64,000 nt of DNA from Ignavibacteriota bacterium (GTDB taxonomy: Bacteria; Bacteroidota; Ignavibacteria; UBA10030; UBA6906), in assembly GCA_963801355.1 (NCBI GenBank), contig CAWDEM010000004.1, positions 512,001 to 576,000 on the forward strand, in the 5' to 3' direction. The position numbers and the translations under genes are program-made. Below, piece after piece: positions 53,001-62,711 of this stretch. The notes beneath the pieces were generated by a model. That model had not been told where the DNA came from and made no database searches. It was given only the letters and a program-made list of their open reading frames with translations. The number at the start of each line of letters is the position of its first letter. Position 1 is the stretch's first letter.

Positions 53001-53077
53001 GCCTGGGCGAGCAGAATGGTTGTGCCTGTGAGCAGAACCAGCATCAAGGTCAGTGCTCTTCGTAATGCTGCGTACAT
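50015..53077 (-). CDS. Multidomain pectin methylesterase (CE8) with FN3-like repeats and C-terminal sorting domain
   Basis: VVAKDGSG, QAVAL, GYQDT, GTVDFIFG, LGRPW; NYPNPFNP C-terminal domain. Confidence 0.9.
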   Translation of the reverse strand: MYAALRRALTLMLVLLTGTTILLAQATVATWPLTNPSGTPAGTGLNVLVSGPVTGYNELLKGTEINQYTGFNSAQRVRMAGTGNTWPANQTTQIDTVYIQFAVRTKAFFTLTVDSVVLKLGGMSTNYMKANLWYSKDSTFATKTAVTYTTSSTTSPAGTYLLSGGLDVVRFTPAMDLSEGEQFYFRIYPWVDNQATAPSGKYVCPQDVNIYGTATGLPISAAVTWTMKGTITPTVSGLLSAADQKTGDSTQMYGYTTVNAIQCGWVVTRGHAWTARTNLDPDVFVQHEAGPMVGGTFLLDSVSMSLGAAFTNNLKATVLYSRDSSFATSTQLMDTAMVSSTLVPYRFALKDTIASGEKAYVRIYPYNLASEGWAKLMYVSDVRIAGNTIGLAILPPTVSTSAVTSISTTSATGGGNVSADGGGTVFARGICWDTVSTPVFTGNHSTDGGGVGVFTSSLTDLLSGKTYYVRAYAANAGGTAYGNEVTFSTLAAIVPPTVTTTAASSIMVKTAISGGNVAAWGGATVTARGICWNTAAMPTIGDMKTVDGAATGSFTSGLTGLTAATKYFVRAYATNSAGTGYGDTISFTTQVPARDTTVVVAKDGSGTYMTVQAAFNAVPANYTGTWTIFVKKGMYHEKDTLAADRPNVVLMGEDRDSTVIWNDDYGDKYGSGNPGTSGTFTVTIEANDFVAKNITIQNTYAPQAGVSGTQAVALRVNGDRQEYINCRLLGYQDTYYTWGGRGTGRTWHKNCHIEGTVDFIFGRNIVVFDSCTIRALRNGGTLTAASTDASSLFGYVFRNCSIVADSIGYDGAAIASFYLGRPWQNSPRTVFIHSSQPKNLHAAGWLAWNVTPGLYAEFNCFGPGAATAGRVAWSSQLSGSAASHYSLSEIFSKNSAASALIAYDWIPTNATAADELPFVITSVAQETSSELVPDRLTLANYPNPFNPETHIRFSVATGGRAVVKVFNQLGQEVALVYNGFVRAGQWHYASFRAGHRASGAYYCTIESNNQRQVQRMLLLK

Positions 53078-53292
53078 GTAAGCTCCGCTGCATGTTGATG
53101 ATGAACAGGTGATTTGCCTGCGACTTATTCAATTATGGTGTGGGAATATCCTAAGTCGCTGCCGGAAAAGCAATTGGTTCACGGCAGGAGCGCATTTCCG
53201 CGTCCTACCATGCAAACCAGATACCGAAAAACCAGGAGAAAAAAGAGATCGCGCTGATGGAGCTCTTCCATCGCCGATTTGCATTTTCTCTC

Positions 53293-53361
53293 TTGACAAA
53301 TGACGTTCGTTTGTGTATGTTTCGGTACCTCTAGCGTAAACGGTAAAGTAAACGCTTTTAC
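53293..53361 (+). promoter_or_regulatory. Promoter of the pectin operon with downstream LacI-like operator(s)
   Basis: TTGACA-17-TATGTT, followed by tandem GTAAACG sites (GTAAACGGTAAA, GTAAACGCTTTTAC). Confidence 0.55.
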
Positions 53362-53379
53362 CTTGCAAGACAGCCCGGC

Positions 53380-56052
53380 ATGAAACCAACGGCGTACGTC
53401 GGATCCGTCCTTCTGCTCTGTGCCACGCTCGGCATAGCCGGCACAACTACTACGGTCATTCCTGATACACTCCCCTGGTCGCGCCGGATCGCCGACTCGT
53501 TTGTTCTCCGGCATCCGGGCGCTGTGACGTATGACACCGCGTCTCCCAGTCAGAAATGGAACTACGAGCAAGGTCTCATGCTCGAAGCTCTCCGGCAGAT
53601 GTCGGTGCACTCCGGAGATCAGCATTACTTCGCATTCGTGCAGAAGAACATGGAGCAGTACGTCGAATCCACCGGAAATATTCTCACCTACAAGCGCGAA
53701 GAATACAACATCGACCAGGTCGCACCCGGGCGATCCCTGCTCGCACTCTATGAGGCCACCGGTCTGCAGCGATTCCGTGCAGCGGCGGACACCCTCCGCC
53801 TCCAGCTGCGCCATCACCCGCGGACACGCGAAGGCGGATTCTGGCACAAGCAGATCTACCCCCACCAGATGTGGCTTGACGGACTCTTCATGGGTGAACC
53901 GTTCTATGCCATGTACGCACGAATGTTCAACGAACCTGACGCGTACGATGACATTATCAACCAGTTCGTCTTTGTCTACCGTCACACGCGCGATGAGAAG
54001 ACCGGATTGCTGTACCATGCATGGGATGAATCCCGGCAACAGCGCTGGGCCGACCCGGTGACAGGTCGGTCGCCGCATTTCTGGGGACGCGCCATCGGTT
54101 GGTACGGGATGGCGATTGTTGATGTGCTGGATTTCCTTCCGGTGGAACACCCACGCCGCGATACGCTCCTGGTCATTCTGCGCGATGTGTGTGCGACGAT
54201 GTTGAAATTCCGCGATCCCGCCTCCAGCGTGTGGTATCAGGTCGTCGACCAGGGAGGGCGCGACAGCAACTATCTCGAAGCGTCCGTCTCGACGATGATG
54301 GCGTACGTCTATGCCAAGGGAGCGAACAGAGGATACATCGATCCTGGATATCTTCAGGAAGCGGAACGCACGTTTGCCGGGATCATCAGGACATTCGTGA
54401 CCGTTGACGCGCAGGGGTTCGTGGATCTGCACAATACGTGCAGGGGCGCCGGTCTCGGCGGTTCGCCGTACCGCGATGGCAGCTACGCGTACTACATGAG
54501 CGAGCCCAGGCGAACGAACGACATGAAAGGCTACGGACCGTTCCTGCTCGCTGCCATAGAATTGGAGAAAGGACTGCATCCTCCACGCGTCTTTTTGGTC
54601 GGCGATTCCACAATGGCAGACAAGCCGCCCACGGGAAACCCCGAGCGCGGATGGGGTCAGGCATTGCCTCTCTTCTTCCGTGAAGGGATACGTATCGAGA
54701 ACCACGCGCGCAACGGGCGCAGCACGAAGAGCTTCTTGCGGGAAGGGCGGTGGGACACGGTATGCGCACGGTTGCGCCCCGGCGACTACGTGCTGGTTCA
54801 GTTCGGGCACAATGACTCGAAGAAAGAGGACTCGACACGTTTTGCCGATGCGCACACCGACTACCGGACGAACCTCATCCGCTATGTCCGCGACGCCCGG
54901 CGTATCGGCGCGCATCCGGTCCTCCTTACCCCCGTTGCCCGCAGACGGTTCGACACCACCGGGACCTATTACGACGCCCACGGTGACTATCCCGCTGTTG
55001 TGCGTGAGGTTGGCGTGAGTGAACAGGTGCCGGTCATCGATCTCAATGCATCGAGCGGTACACTGCTGGCAAGCCTCGGCAAAACGGCGTCGGAGGATCT
55101 CTACCTCCGCGTGCCGCCTGCGACGTATTCGGCGCACCCGAAAGGGAAGGGCGACGATACGCATTTCCGCTGGCGCGGTGCGTACGCCATGGCCGGACTC
55201 GTGGCCGACGGCATCCGTGCCCTCCATCTTCCGCTTGCCGGTTTCCTCACGTTGCCACTCCCCGCCGGCCCGGTGGGAGTGAACAAGATGGTGCTGCTGG
55301 ATTGTGCGTTCAACAATGAGTGGAGACAGGGAGCGGACGGCCAGACCGTCCGATATCACTATGTGTGGGATGACACCACAAACTCCGGCTACTCTCAGCT
55401 CGCGACAATCATTTCCCGCACCGGCGCCGTGGTGGATACCCTGAGCGTTCCGCCCACCGCCGATGCACTGCGCCACGCTTCGGTCTATATCGTCGTCGAT
55501 CCGGACACACCTCAGGAGACCGCCCGTCCCCGATACATCGGGAAGAACGACGCCCGGACCATCGAGAAGTGGGTGCGTGGGGGAGGGATTCTTGTTCTTC
55601 TGGGAAACGACAAAGGGAACGCCGAGTTCACACATTTCAACGGACTTGCGGAACGGTTTGGCATTCATTTCAACGAGGACAGCCAGAACCGCGTGACCGG
55701 GCAACAGTACGAGACCGGGACATTCGACCGCTTTCCCATGCATCCGCTCTTTGCCGGCGTGCGCCGCATATTCATCAAGGAATACAGCTCACTCCGGCTC
55801 GCGAAACCGGCCCGACCGGTATTCCGGGCCCCTGCAGACGGCCCCGTCGTGATCACGTACGCCCCAGCGGGCAAAGGAGCAGTCTTTGCGGTAGGCGATC
55901 CATGGTTCTACAACGAATACATGGATGCCCGCCGGCTTCCGCAGGGATATGACAACGCAGTGGCGGCAAAGAATCTCTTCCGCTGGCTCCTCGGGCAGTC
56001 GCATCAGGAGGTGGGTGCGGGGCAGACTAACGGGCACACGAGAACGCCGTGA
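53380..56052 (+). CDS. Fusion of GH105 unsaturated rhamnogalacturonyl hydrolase, CE12 acetylesterase and a DUF4350/GATase-like domain
   Basis: WNYEQG, MWLDGLFM, HFWGRAIGW (GH105); GDST, GWGQ, QFGHND, DDTH (SGNH/CE12); C-terminal VGDPWFYNEY. Confidence 0.87.
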   Translation: MKPTAYVGSVLLLCATLGIAGTTTTVIPDTLPWSRRIADSFVLRHPGAVTYDTASPSQKWNYEQGLMLEALRQMSVHSGDQHYFAFVQKNMEQYVESTGNILTYKREEYNIDQVAPGRSLLALYEATGLQRFRAAADTLRLQLRHHPRTREGGFWHKQIYPHQMWLDGLFMGEPFYAMYARMFNEPDAYDDIINQFVFVYRHTRDEKTGLLYHAWDESRQQRWADPVTGRSPHFWGRAIGWYGMAIVDVLDFLPVEHPRRDTLLVILRDVCATMLKFRDPASSVWYQVVDQGGRDSNYLEASVSTMMAYVYAKGANRGYIDPGYLQEAERTFAGIIRTFVTVDAQGFVDLHNTCRGAGLGGSPYRDGSYAYYMSEPRRTNDMKGYGPFLLAAIELEKGLHPPRVFLVGDSTMADKPPTGNPERGWGQALPLFFREGIRIENHARNGRSTKSFLREGRWDTVCARLRPGDYVLVQFGHNDSKKEDSTRFADAHTDYRTNLIRYVRDARRIGAHPVLLTPVARRRFDTTGTYYDAHGDYPAVVREVGVSEQVPVIDLNASSGTLLASLGKTASEDLYLRVPPATYSAHPKGKGDDTHFRWRGAYAMAGLVADGIRALHLPLAGFLTLPLPAGPVGVNKMVLLDCAFNNEWRQGADGQTVRYHYVWDDTTNSGYSQLATIISRTGAVVDTLSVPPTADALRHASVYIVVDPDTPQETARPRYIGKNDARTIEKWVRGGGILVLLGNDKGNAEFTHFNGLAERFGIHFNEDSQNRVTGQQYETGTFDRFPMHPLFAGVRRIFIKEYSSLRLAKPARPVFRAPADGPVVITYAPAGKGAVFAVGDPWFYNEYMDARRLPQGYDNAVAAKNLFRWLLGQSHQEVGAGQTNGHTRTP

Positions 56053-57749
56053 ACCATTGCTCCCTGCTGTTGATACTCTTTCTTCTTTCAGTCTATCCCT
56101 GCCGGGCACAGCACCCTCCGGCAATTGCCGACGAACTCGCCGCACTCTCCACAGGCCTTCCCTTCGCGATGCCGAAGGTCGCTGTTCCTACTTTCTCCGA
56201 TCGCCTGGTGACGATTACACAGCACGGGGCCATCCCGGACGGCGTGACGCTCAATACCAGGGCGTTCGCGGAGGCCATCGACGTATGCGCGAAAGCAGGA
56301 GGCGGCACGGTCATTGTTCCGGCGGGCACGTGGTTGACTGGACCAATCAGATTGTTGAGCAACGTGCGATTGCACGTTGAACGGGGAGCGTTGGTGCAGT
56401 TCAGCAGCCGGATCGAGGATTTCCCTCTGATTCCCGGGCTTGACGGCAAGTCCAAGCGGTACGTCGTCACACCACCGCTCTCTGCATACCGGGCGGACAA
56501 CATCGCTATTACGGGTGAAGGGGTATTCGACGGTGCAGGAGAGGTATGGCGCTACGTCAAGAAGGAAAAGCTCACGGCACGGCAATGGAAGGATCTGGTG
56601 TCGACGGGCGGCGTCGTGACTTCCGACGGGAAGGAATGGTGGCCCTCACGCGAAGCGATGGAGGCGGATGAAGTGATCAAGGGTTTCGCCAGGGGAGGGC
56701 CGGAACCGGCACGCGAGGACTATGCGAAGTTGAAGGAGTTCTTACGTCCCGACCTGGTGCGCCTGGAACAATGTACTTCCATCCTGATTGACGGTCCCAC
56801 CTTTGAGAACTCGCCGAAATTTCACGTGCATCCCGTACAGTGTGAGAATCTCATCATACGGGACACGAAGGTGTTGACCGAATGGCATGCGCAAAACGGG
56901 GATGGCATCGACCTGACGTCATGCCGCAATGTTTTTGTGTACCGCGCGACGGTCAACGTTGGCGACGACGGTCTCTGCTTGAAACCGGGGACCATCAGCA
57001 AGAGCCAGGCACCGGGGCCGTCCTGCGAGAACATTGTCATAGCCGACTGCATCGTGTATCATGCCCACGGGGGGTTCGTCATCGGCAGCGAGAGCTACGG
57101 CGGTGCGAGGAATATCTCCGTGAAGAATTGCCAGTTCATCGGTACGGATGTGGGCATCAGGTGCAAGTCGCTGCGCACACGGGGCGGTGTCATCGAAAAA
57201 ATCTGGATTGACGGAATCCAGATGCGTGCGATCGGCAGCGAAGCGATCCTGTTCGATATGTACTACGGCGGGAATGCCCCGGATGTGGAGGCGGAAAAAT
57301 CGCCGGGCGAGCGGCGTGCCGGGCGGCCTACCGAGCCGGTCAACGAGCGCACTCCGCAATTCCGGGATTTTGTGATCCGCAACGTAGTGTGCAATGGTGC
57401 GGCACGGGCGGTGGTAGTACGCGGCCTCCCCGAAATGCCCGTGCGCAACATTTTGATGGAAAACGTCTCGGTGGCCTCGACGGGCGGAGTCACACTCATC
57501 GATGCCGAGGGGATTGCCTTCACGGGATGCCGCATTGTTCCGCGGACGAGCCCGGTTTTTTCCGTACAGGACAGCAAGGGCATCACCATCGCCGGAGGGA
57601 TGTACCCCGCGCAATCCGACCTTTTTCTCAGCGTTGAAGGGGAGAAGACGTCAGGCATACGGTTGGAGGGTGTGGACACGAAGGCGGCAAAGGAAGTCGT
57701 CCGCCTCGGCGTGCATGTCAATGCAAACGCAATAGCACGAATACCATGA
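56049..57749 (+). CDS. GH28 polygalacturonase-family protein
   Basis: NGDGID, GDD, HAHGGFVIGSE and RCKS motifs. Confidence 0.9.
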   Translation: MNHCSLLLILFLLSVYPCRAQHPPAIADELAALSTGLPFAMPKVAVPTFSDRLVTITQHGAIPDGVTLNTRAFAEAIDVCAKAGGGTVIVPAGTWLTGPIRLLSNVRLHVERGALVQFSSRIEDFPLIPGLDGKSKRYVVTPPLSAYRADNIAITGEGVFDGAGEVWRYVKKEKLTARQWKDLVSTGGVVTSDGKEWWPSREAMEADEVIKGFARGGPEPAREDYAKLKEFLRPDLVRLEQCTSILIDGPTFENSPKFHVHPVQCENLIIRDTKVLTEWHAQNGDGIDLTSCRNVFVYRATVNVGDDGLCLKPGTISKSQAPGPSCENIVIADCIVYHAHGGFVIGSESYGGARNISVKNCQFIGTDVGIRCKSLRTRGGVIEKIWIDGIQMRAIGSEAILFDMYYGGNAPDVEAEKSPGERRAGRPTEPVNERTPQFRDFVIRNVVCNGAARAVVVRGLPEMPVRNILMENVSVASTGGVTLIDAEGIAFTGCRIVPRTSPVFSVQDSKGITIAGGMYPAQSDLFLSVEGEKTSGIRLEGVDTKAAKEVVRLGVHVNANAIARIP

Positions 57750-57772
57750 GCCATGCGCAAAGGAGTAGCATC

Positions 57773-60772
57773 ATGAAGACTCTTGTTACTATTGTGGCGA
57801 TTTTGGTCGTAATTCCTTCCCTGCTCCTTGCCCAGGGAACAATCAGGGGTACCGTCACCGATTCAGCGTCGGGCGATGCGTTGGTAGGAGCGAATGTTCT
57901 TGTCAAGGGGACAGCGCTCGGGGCCGCGACGGATCTCTACGGCAAGTACCGCATTCCCAATGTTGGGGCGGGCCAGCGCATGCTGCGTGTGACCTATGTT
58001 GGTTCGAAAACCCGGGAGGTCCCAGTTACTGTTCCTGCTGACGGAGAGGTCATTGTCAATCTCGGACTGATGCCCGACGTCATTGAAGGGCAGGAGGTGC
58101 TTGTGACGGCACAGGTCCGCGGTCAGGAAGCGGCTATCAACCAGCAGATCACTTCCAGCACCATCGTCAATGTCATCTCCGAAGAGAAGATCAAAGAACT
58201 TCCCGATGCCAATGCTGCCGAGGCCATCGGCCGTCTTCCCGGCGTCTCCATTATAAGGTCCGGCGGTGAAGCGAGCAAGGTTATCCTTCGCGGTATGAGC
58301 GACAAATTCACCACGTTCACGATTGACGGGGTCAGAATTCCGCCCACCGATCCGGATTCGCGCGGCGTCGATCTCAGCACCTTTTCGCAAGGGACGCTCT
58401 CAGGAGTCGAATTGTTCAAAGCGCTCACACCGGATAAGGACGGGGATGCCATTGCAGGCAGCATCAATCTTGTGACGCGTAAAGCGCCCTCCACGCGTCT
58501 GATCCGTTTGGACGCAAAAGGAGCATACAATCGCCTCGACGACGAACTCGGACAGTATGACTTCAATGGACGATACGGCGAGCGCTTCTTTGACGACGTT
58601 CTTGGGGTGCAGGTTACGGGAAACATCGAGCGCCGCGACCGAAGTAACGAACAATTCACACTCGATATCGAAAATCAGGCGCCTCTGCATGGCCTCGGCT
58701 GGAAGTACAATGACTTCACCGTGCAATATACGAATGAGACTCGTAAGCGCGGTGGCGTGGGACTGTTGCTAGATGTGAATACCCCTGACAACGGGTCGAT
58801 CAGAATCAACAATCTCTTCAGCCAGACAAATCGGAACTACACGATTTACAGCCGCAACTATCCTTACACCGGCACCGGGTTGAACTATGATGCGTGGGAT
58901 CGCGAGCAGGTTGTGAACTCGTTCAATAGCTCCATCCGCGGCGAAAACTATCTGTTGGATTTGGGCCTCAACTGGGGGCTTTCCTATGCAGAGTCGAAGA
59001 TAGACAATCCCTATGATTATCGTTTGGTGTTCACTGAGCCCTCCATTTTGGATACAAGCGGGAACGCCGGCATGGCTCCGTACCCGGAGGCCATCAGGCA
59101 AACTGCACCGGGGGACATCATCCCCTTCGCGTACAACAATTTCGCAAAAGCAAAGCTCGACAGTGCGTTCTATCATCAAGAGAAAAACAGCGATCGCGAG
59201 AAGACGGCTTTCCTGGATGTTGCGAAGAAATACGTGCTAGGCGACATGTTCTCCGGCGAACTCAAGTTGGGCGGAAAATACCGATACAAGAACCGGTTCA
59301 AGGCCACTGACGAAACTATGGCCCCGTACTGGCTTGGATACTACCAGGACTATACGCGCAACGCCGATGGAAGCATTACAGCAAAGAATTTCCAAGGAAC
59401 ACGCTTCCAGAATCTCAAGCTGGTGGATCAAAACATCATCTTTACGAATTTCCTTGATCCCTCTCCCGCGGAGCGGAGTCTGTATGACAAGTACCGCCTA
59501 TATCCGATGGTCAACAGAGACGCCCTTCGTGATTGGTATGAGCTCAACAAGAACGGGGTCAGCGCCAACGGAAAGCAATCAGAGTATTACGACGACCCTG
59601 AAAAACGTGGTGACTTCTACGACATCGTCGAACGAGTCGCTTCCGGATACATCATGAACACGCTGAACTTCGGCACGCTGGCGACATTGATCGCCGGTGC
59701 CCGTGTCGAAAGTGAAACCAATGACTATATGGCGAAATATGTCAGCACGGCCCTCGGTGGATTTCCAACAACGGGGAAATTGCTGGATACAACGGCCACA
59801 TTTACTGAAACCACGTGGCTTCCGAATTTTCATTTGACGGTGAGGCCGCTGGACTTCATGACGGTTCGTTTTGCGGCGTACAGGGCGATCGCCCGGCCGG
59901 ATTTCAATACCCGGTTCGAGAAAATGGTCGCCCGGGTCACAAGTCCGCGCAGCACCCTCGTAATTGGAAATCCCCGGCTCAAGAATGCCAAAGCGTGGAA
60001 CTTCGAAGTGAACACATCTCTCTTCGGAAATGAGATTGGACTGTTCACAGTGTCCGCATACTACCGGACGATTGATGACATGTTTCACACGGTCACCGCC
60101 ATTCCCGGGGATTACATACCGGGCGATCCCGGTTCGTTGCTGGACACGCTGGGAATCACCTGGCATCCGGATATAGTGGGGGGTGCGCCAATCTCGTTGA
60201 CGTACACAGTCAACAGCTCCCAACCAACAAAGGTGTGGGGTTTCGAAGTCGAACACCAGGCGAACCTGGGTTTCCTTCCCGGTCTGCTATCGAACATCGT
60301 GCTCAGTTATAACCTGTCGGTTGTACGTTCAGAAACTTACGTGCTTGGATACAGGACCGACACTACGTACACCATCAAACCTCCCATTCCGTTCCCGCTG
60401 CCAACCTACAAGACGCGGCTTGTTGAAACAAAGCAGAAGCTAGAAGGGCAGCCTGAATTCTTCGGCAACGTCGCCGTCGGCTACGACTTGGGAGGTTTTT
60501 CTGGAAGATTATCGGTGTTCTTCCAGGGTGAGTACAACCGATCCTATTCCGCGGGGCGTATGAATGACCCTGTTGTCAAAGACTTCTCACGCTGGGATCT
60601 ATCGGTCCGGCAGCGTATCACCCCGAACATCTCGATCTTCTTCAATCTGAACAATATCGCCGGCGTTGAGGAGGAAGTGTATACTGTGGACCGCCTTCAC
60701 ATCTGGGAGACTCTGCGATCGAGCCAGCGATATGGACTGACCGGTGATCTTGGCGTCCGGGTCGAATTGTAG
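57773..60772 (+). CDS. TonB-dependent receptor
   Basis: AAGGAG RBS, signal peptide, carboxypeptidase-regulatory-like N domain, plug LPDANAAEAIGRLPGVS, beta-barrel C-terminus. Confidence 0.92.
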   Translation: MKTLVTIVAILVVIPSLLLAQGTIRGTVTDSASGDALVGANVLVKGTALGAATDLYGKYRIPNVGAGQRMLRVTYVGSKTREVPVTVPADGEVIVNLGLMPDVIEGQEVLVTAQVRGQEAAINQQITSSTIVNVISEEKIKELPDANAAEAIGRLPGVSIIRSGGEASKVILRGMSDKFTTFTIDGVRIPPTDPDSRGVDLSTFSQGTLSGVELFKALTPDKDGDAIAGSINLVTRKAPSTRLIRLDAKGAYNRLDDELGQYDFNGRYGERFFDDVLGVQVTGNIERRDRSNEQFTLDIENQAPLHGLGWKYNDFTVQYTNETRKRGGVGLLLDVNTPDNGSIRINNLFSQTNRNYTIYSRNYPYTGTGLNYDAWDREQVVNSFNSSIRGENYLLDLGLNWGLSYAESKIDNPYDYRLVFTEPSILDTSGNAGMAPYPEAIRQTAPGDIIPFAYNNFAKAKLDSAFYHQEKNSDREKTAFLDVAKKYVLGDMFSGELKLGGKYRYKNRFKATDETMAPYWLGYYQDYTRNADGSITAKNFQGTRFQNLKLVDQNIIFTNFLDPSPAERSLYDKYRLYPMVNRDALRDWYELNKNGVSANGKQSEYYDDPEKRGDFYDIVERVASGYIMNTLNFGTLATLIAGARVESETNDYMAKYVSTALGGFPTTGKLLDTTATFTETTWLPNFHLTVRPLDFMTVRFAAYRAIARPDFNTRFEKMVARVTSPRSTLVIGNPRLKNAKAWNFEVNTSLFGNEIGLFTVSAYYRTIDDMFHTVTAIPGDYIPGDPGSLLDTLGITWHPDIVGGAPISLTYTVNSSQPTKVWGFEVEHQANLGFLPGLLSNIVLSYNLSVVRSETYVLGYRTDTTYTIKPPIPFPLPTYKTRLVETKQKLEGQPEFFGNVAVGYDLGGFSGRLSVFFQGEYNRSYSAGRMNDPVVKDFSRWDLSVRQRITPNISIFFNLNNIAGVEEEVYTVDRLHIWETLRSSQRYGLTGDLGVRVEL

Positions 60773-60858
60773 TGGGAATGTTTCAAGCTGTTACTGCTGT
60801 GTAATTCACTGGTTGTTTCATTTGGCGTGAACCATTCATCTAATCAGAGGAGGGTGCT

Positions 60859-62547
60859 ATGCGCACGTTTCACAGTCTTGTTGTATGCCTCTTGGCTGTG
60901 CTTTTCCTCGTGCCCGCAGGGGCCAACGGCCAGAACTATGTCCGGGTGCCGGACACCGGCTTCCTTAATACGTTCATCATGGGCGACACTCTGGCAAATG
61001 GCACAAGGAGAGACACTAACGCAGTGTATGTTCTGACCCGTGGCAAGATCTACCTCAGCGATGCGGTCATGGTGAACACTGGATGGGCTTTCCGGTTGAT
61101 CGCAAATGACACAACAGGGAATGTCCCCAAGCCGGTCGTATATTTGTACGTCTCCGGTACAGGAACGTACCCCGGATATTTCGTCCGGGCGAAAGGTGAT
61201 GTGATGGCGAAGAACGTCGTCATCTGCGGCATCAATGAACTCACCCCTGAACTCCCCAAGATTCAAGGCAACATTTTTGAAGCAAATGCTGCCGGGCTAA
61301 ACATAACTGTCGATGGCTGTGTGTTGGCAAATACCAGCGGCCAGCTCATACGGACCGCCTACGCTACAAAGAACATTAAAGTCACGAACTCTATTTTCGC
61401 CAACATGGGTTACAACGGGACGTCCAACCTCGGGGCAGGGAAGGGGATCGACCTCCGGGAAATGTCGGTGGATACGTTGCTCATGGTCAACAACACGTTT
61501 GTGAACTGGCAGGACCGCATTGTCCGTCACTTCAAGAGCACCGCGAACGTCAAATATTTCCGATTCGAACACAATACCTGCGTCAACGGAATGTCGTATC
61601 ACGGCTTCCTGTCCCTCGGAAAACTCGAAGGCAAGGCGATCATTTCAAACAATCTGCTTGTTGATCACTTCGCACTTGGGGCAGATTCTGATGCCGTCCG
61701 CCAGTCGGAATTCACGGATAGCCGCGAACTGGATGAAATGGGCAACCCGAGAATGAGCTGGGTCATCGCAAATCCTGACACGGCAAATACGATCTTCTAT
61801 ACGATTAAGAACAACTACTACCGTGTGACCCCGGCAGGGCAAACGTTCTGGGATTCGGCGTCCATCCTGCCCATCGTTGCCAACCCGCCGTTATGGGTGG
61901 GCCCCCCATTGACACACAACATCTGCGGCAGAATCGGGACGGATTCCACCACTGCCTTCCAGCTTACGACTGCTGATCTGCCGAATACGCCGAAGCTGAT
62001 GGTGGAATTTATGAAATGGTACAGACGTCCCACTGCGGATTCTGGTGCAAACAAGGCAAAAGTCCGCACGGGTTGGAGACAAACGCTGCACGACATGGAC
62101 CGAAGGCCGATGAAGTACTTCACGGACACGCTCAATTGTGCCTATCCTACGTCTGCCGCAATCTATAGCGCTGCAACCGGCGGATACCCCGTGGGCGATC
62201 TGAACTGGTTCCCCGCACGCTATACCGCATGGAAGAGCGACCCTGTGTCGGGCGTCGATGACCGGGGCGGCGAAGTGCCTGAAGCCTTCACGCTCGAACA
62301 GAACTATCCGAATCCCTTCAACCCAACGACGCAGATCGTGTACACGCTACCCATAGCGGCCCAGGTGGACCTGAATGTATATAACCTGCTCGGCCAGAAG
62401 AGTCATGACCCTGGTGAATGATACGAAGGAAGCCGGGTTCGTATACCGTAACGTTCGATAGCCAAAGGGCTCTCCTGCGGCGTCTACTTCTATCGTCTGA
62501 CAGCCGGCGATCAGGTTATGTCGATGAAAATGATGTTGATGAAGTAG
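60859..62547 (+). CDS. Secreted beta-helix-like protein with C-terminal sorting domain; three +1 insertions in 62401-62460
   Basis: ORF stops at 62421, but removing three single bases restores [47 protein letters not shown] to the stop at 62547. Confidence 0.78.
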
Positions 62548-62597
62548 ATGATGCAGGTGAAGTCGTGGGAATCTAGACCGGGATTGAAGGTCAGGAA

Positions 62598-62675
62598 AGC
62601 AGATCGAGATCGGGATTGAGATCTGGAGAAAGGGCATACTCTTTTCTCAGTTCTCGATCTTGATCTCGGTTTGCT
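62598..62675. repeat. Long imperfect inverted repeat built from GATYGA-like hexamers (terminator or mRNA stabiliser)
   Basis: AGCAGATCGAGATCGGGATTGAGATCTGGAGAAAGG pairs with CTTTTCTCAGTTCTCGATCTTGATCTCGGTTTGCT. Confidence 0.65.
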
Positions 62676-62711
62676 CCCGGCCTCATTGCCGATCTTCCTA
62701 AAGGGCTGATA

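Noticed and set aside
53179-55743. 854-aa minus-strand ORF
   Set aside because: Antisense shadow of the GH105-CE12 gene in GC-rich DNA; no recognisable domains.
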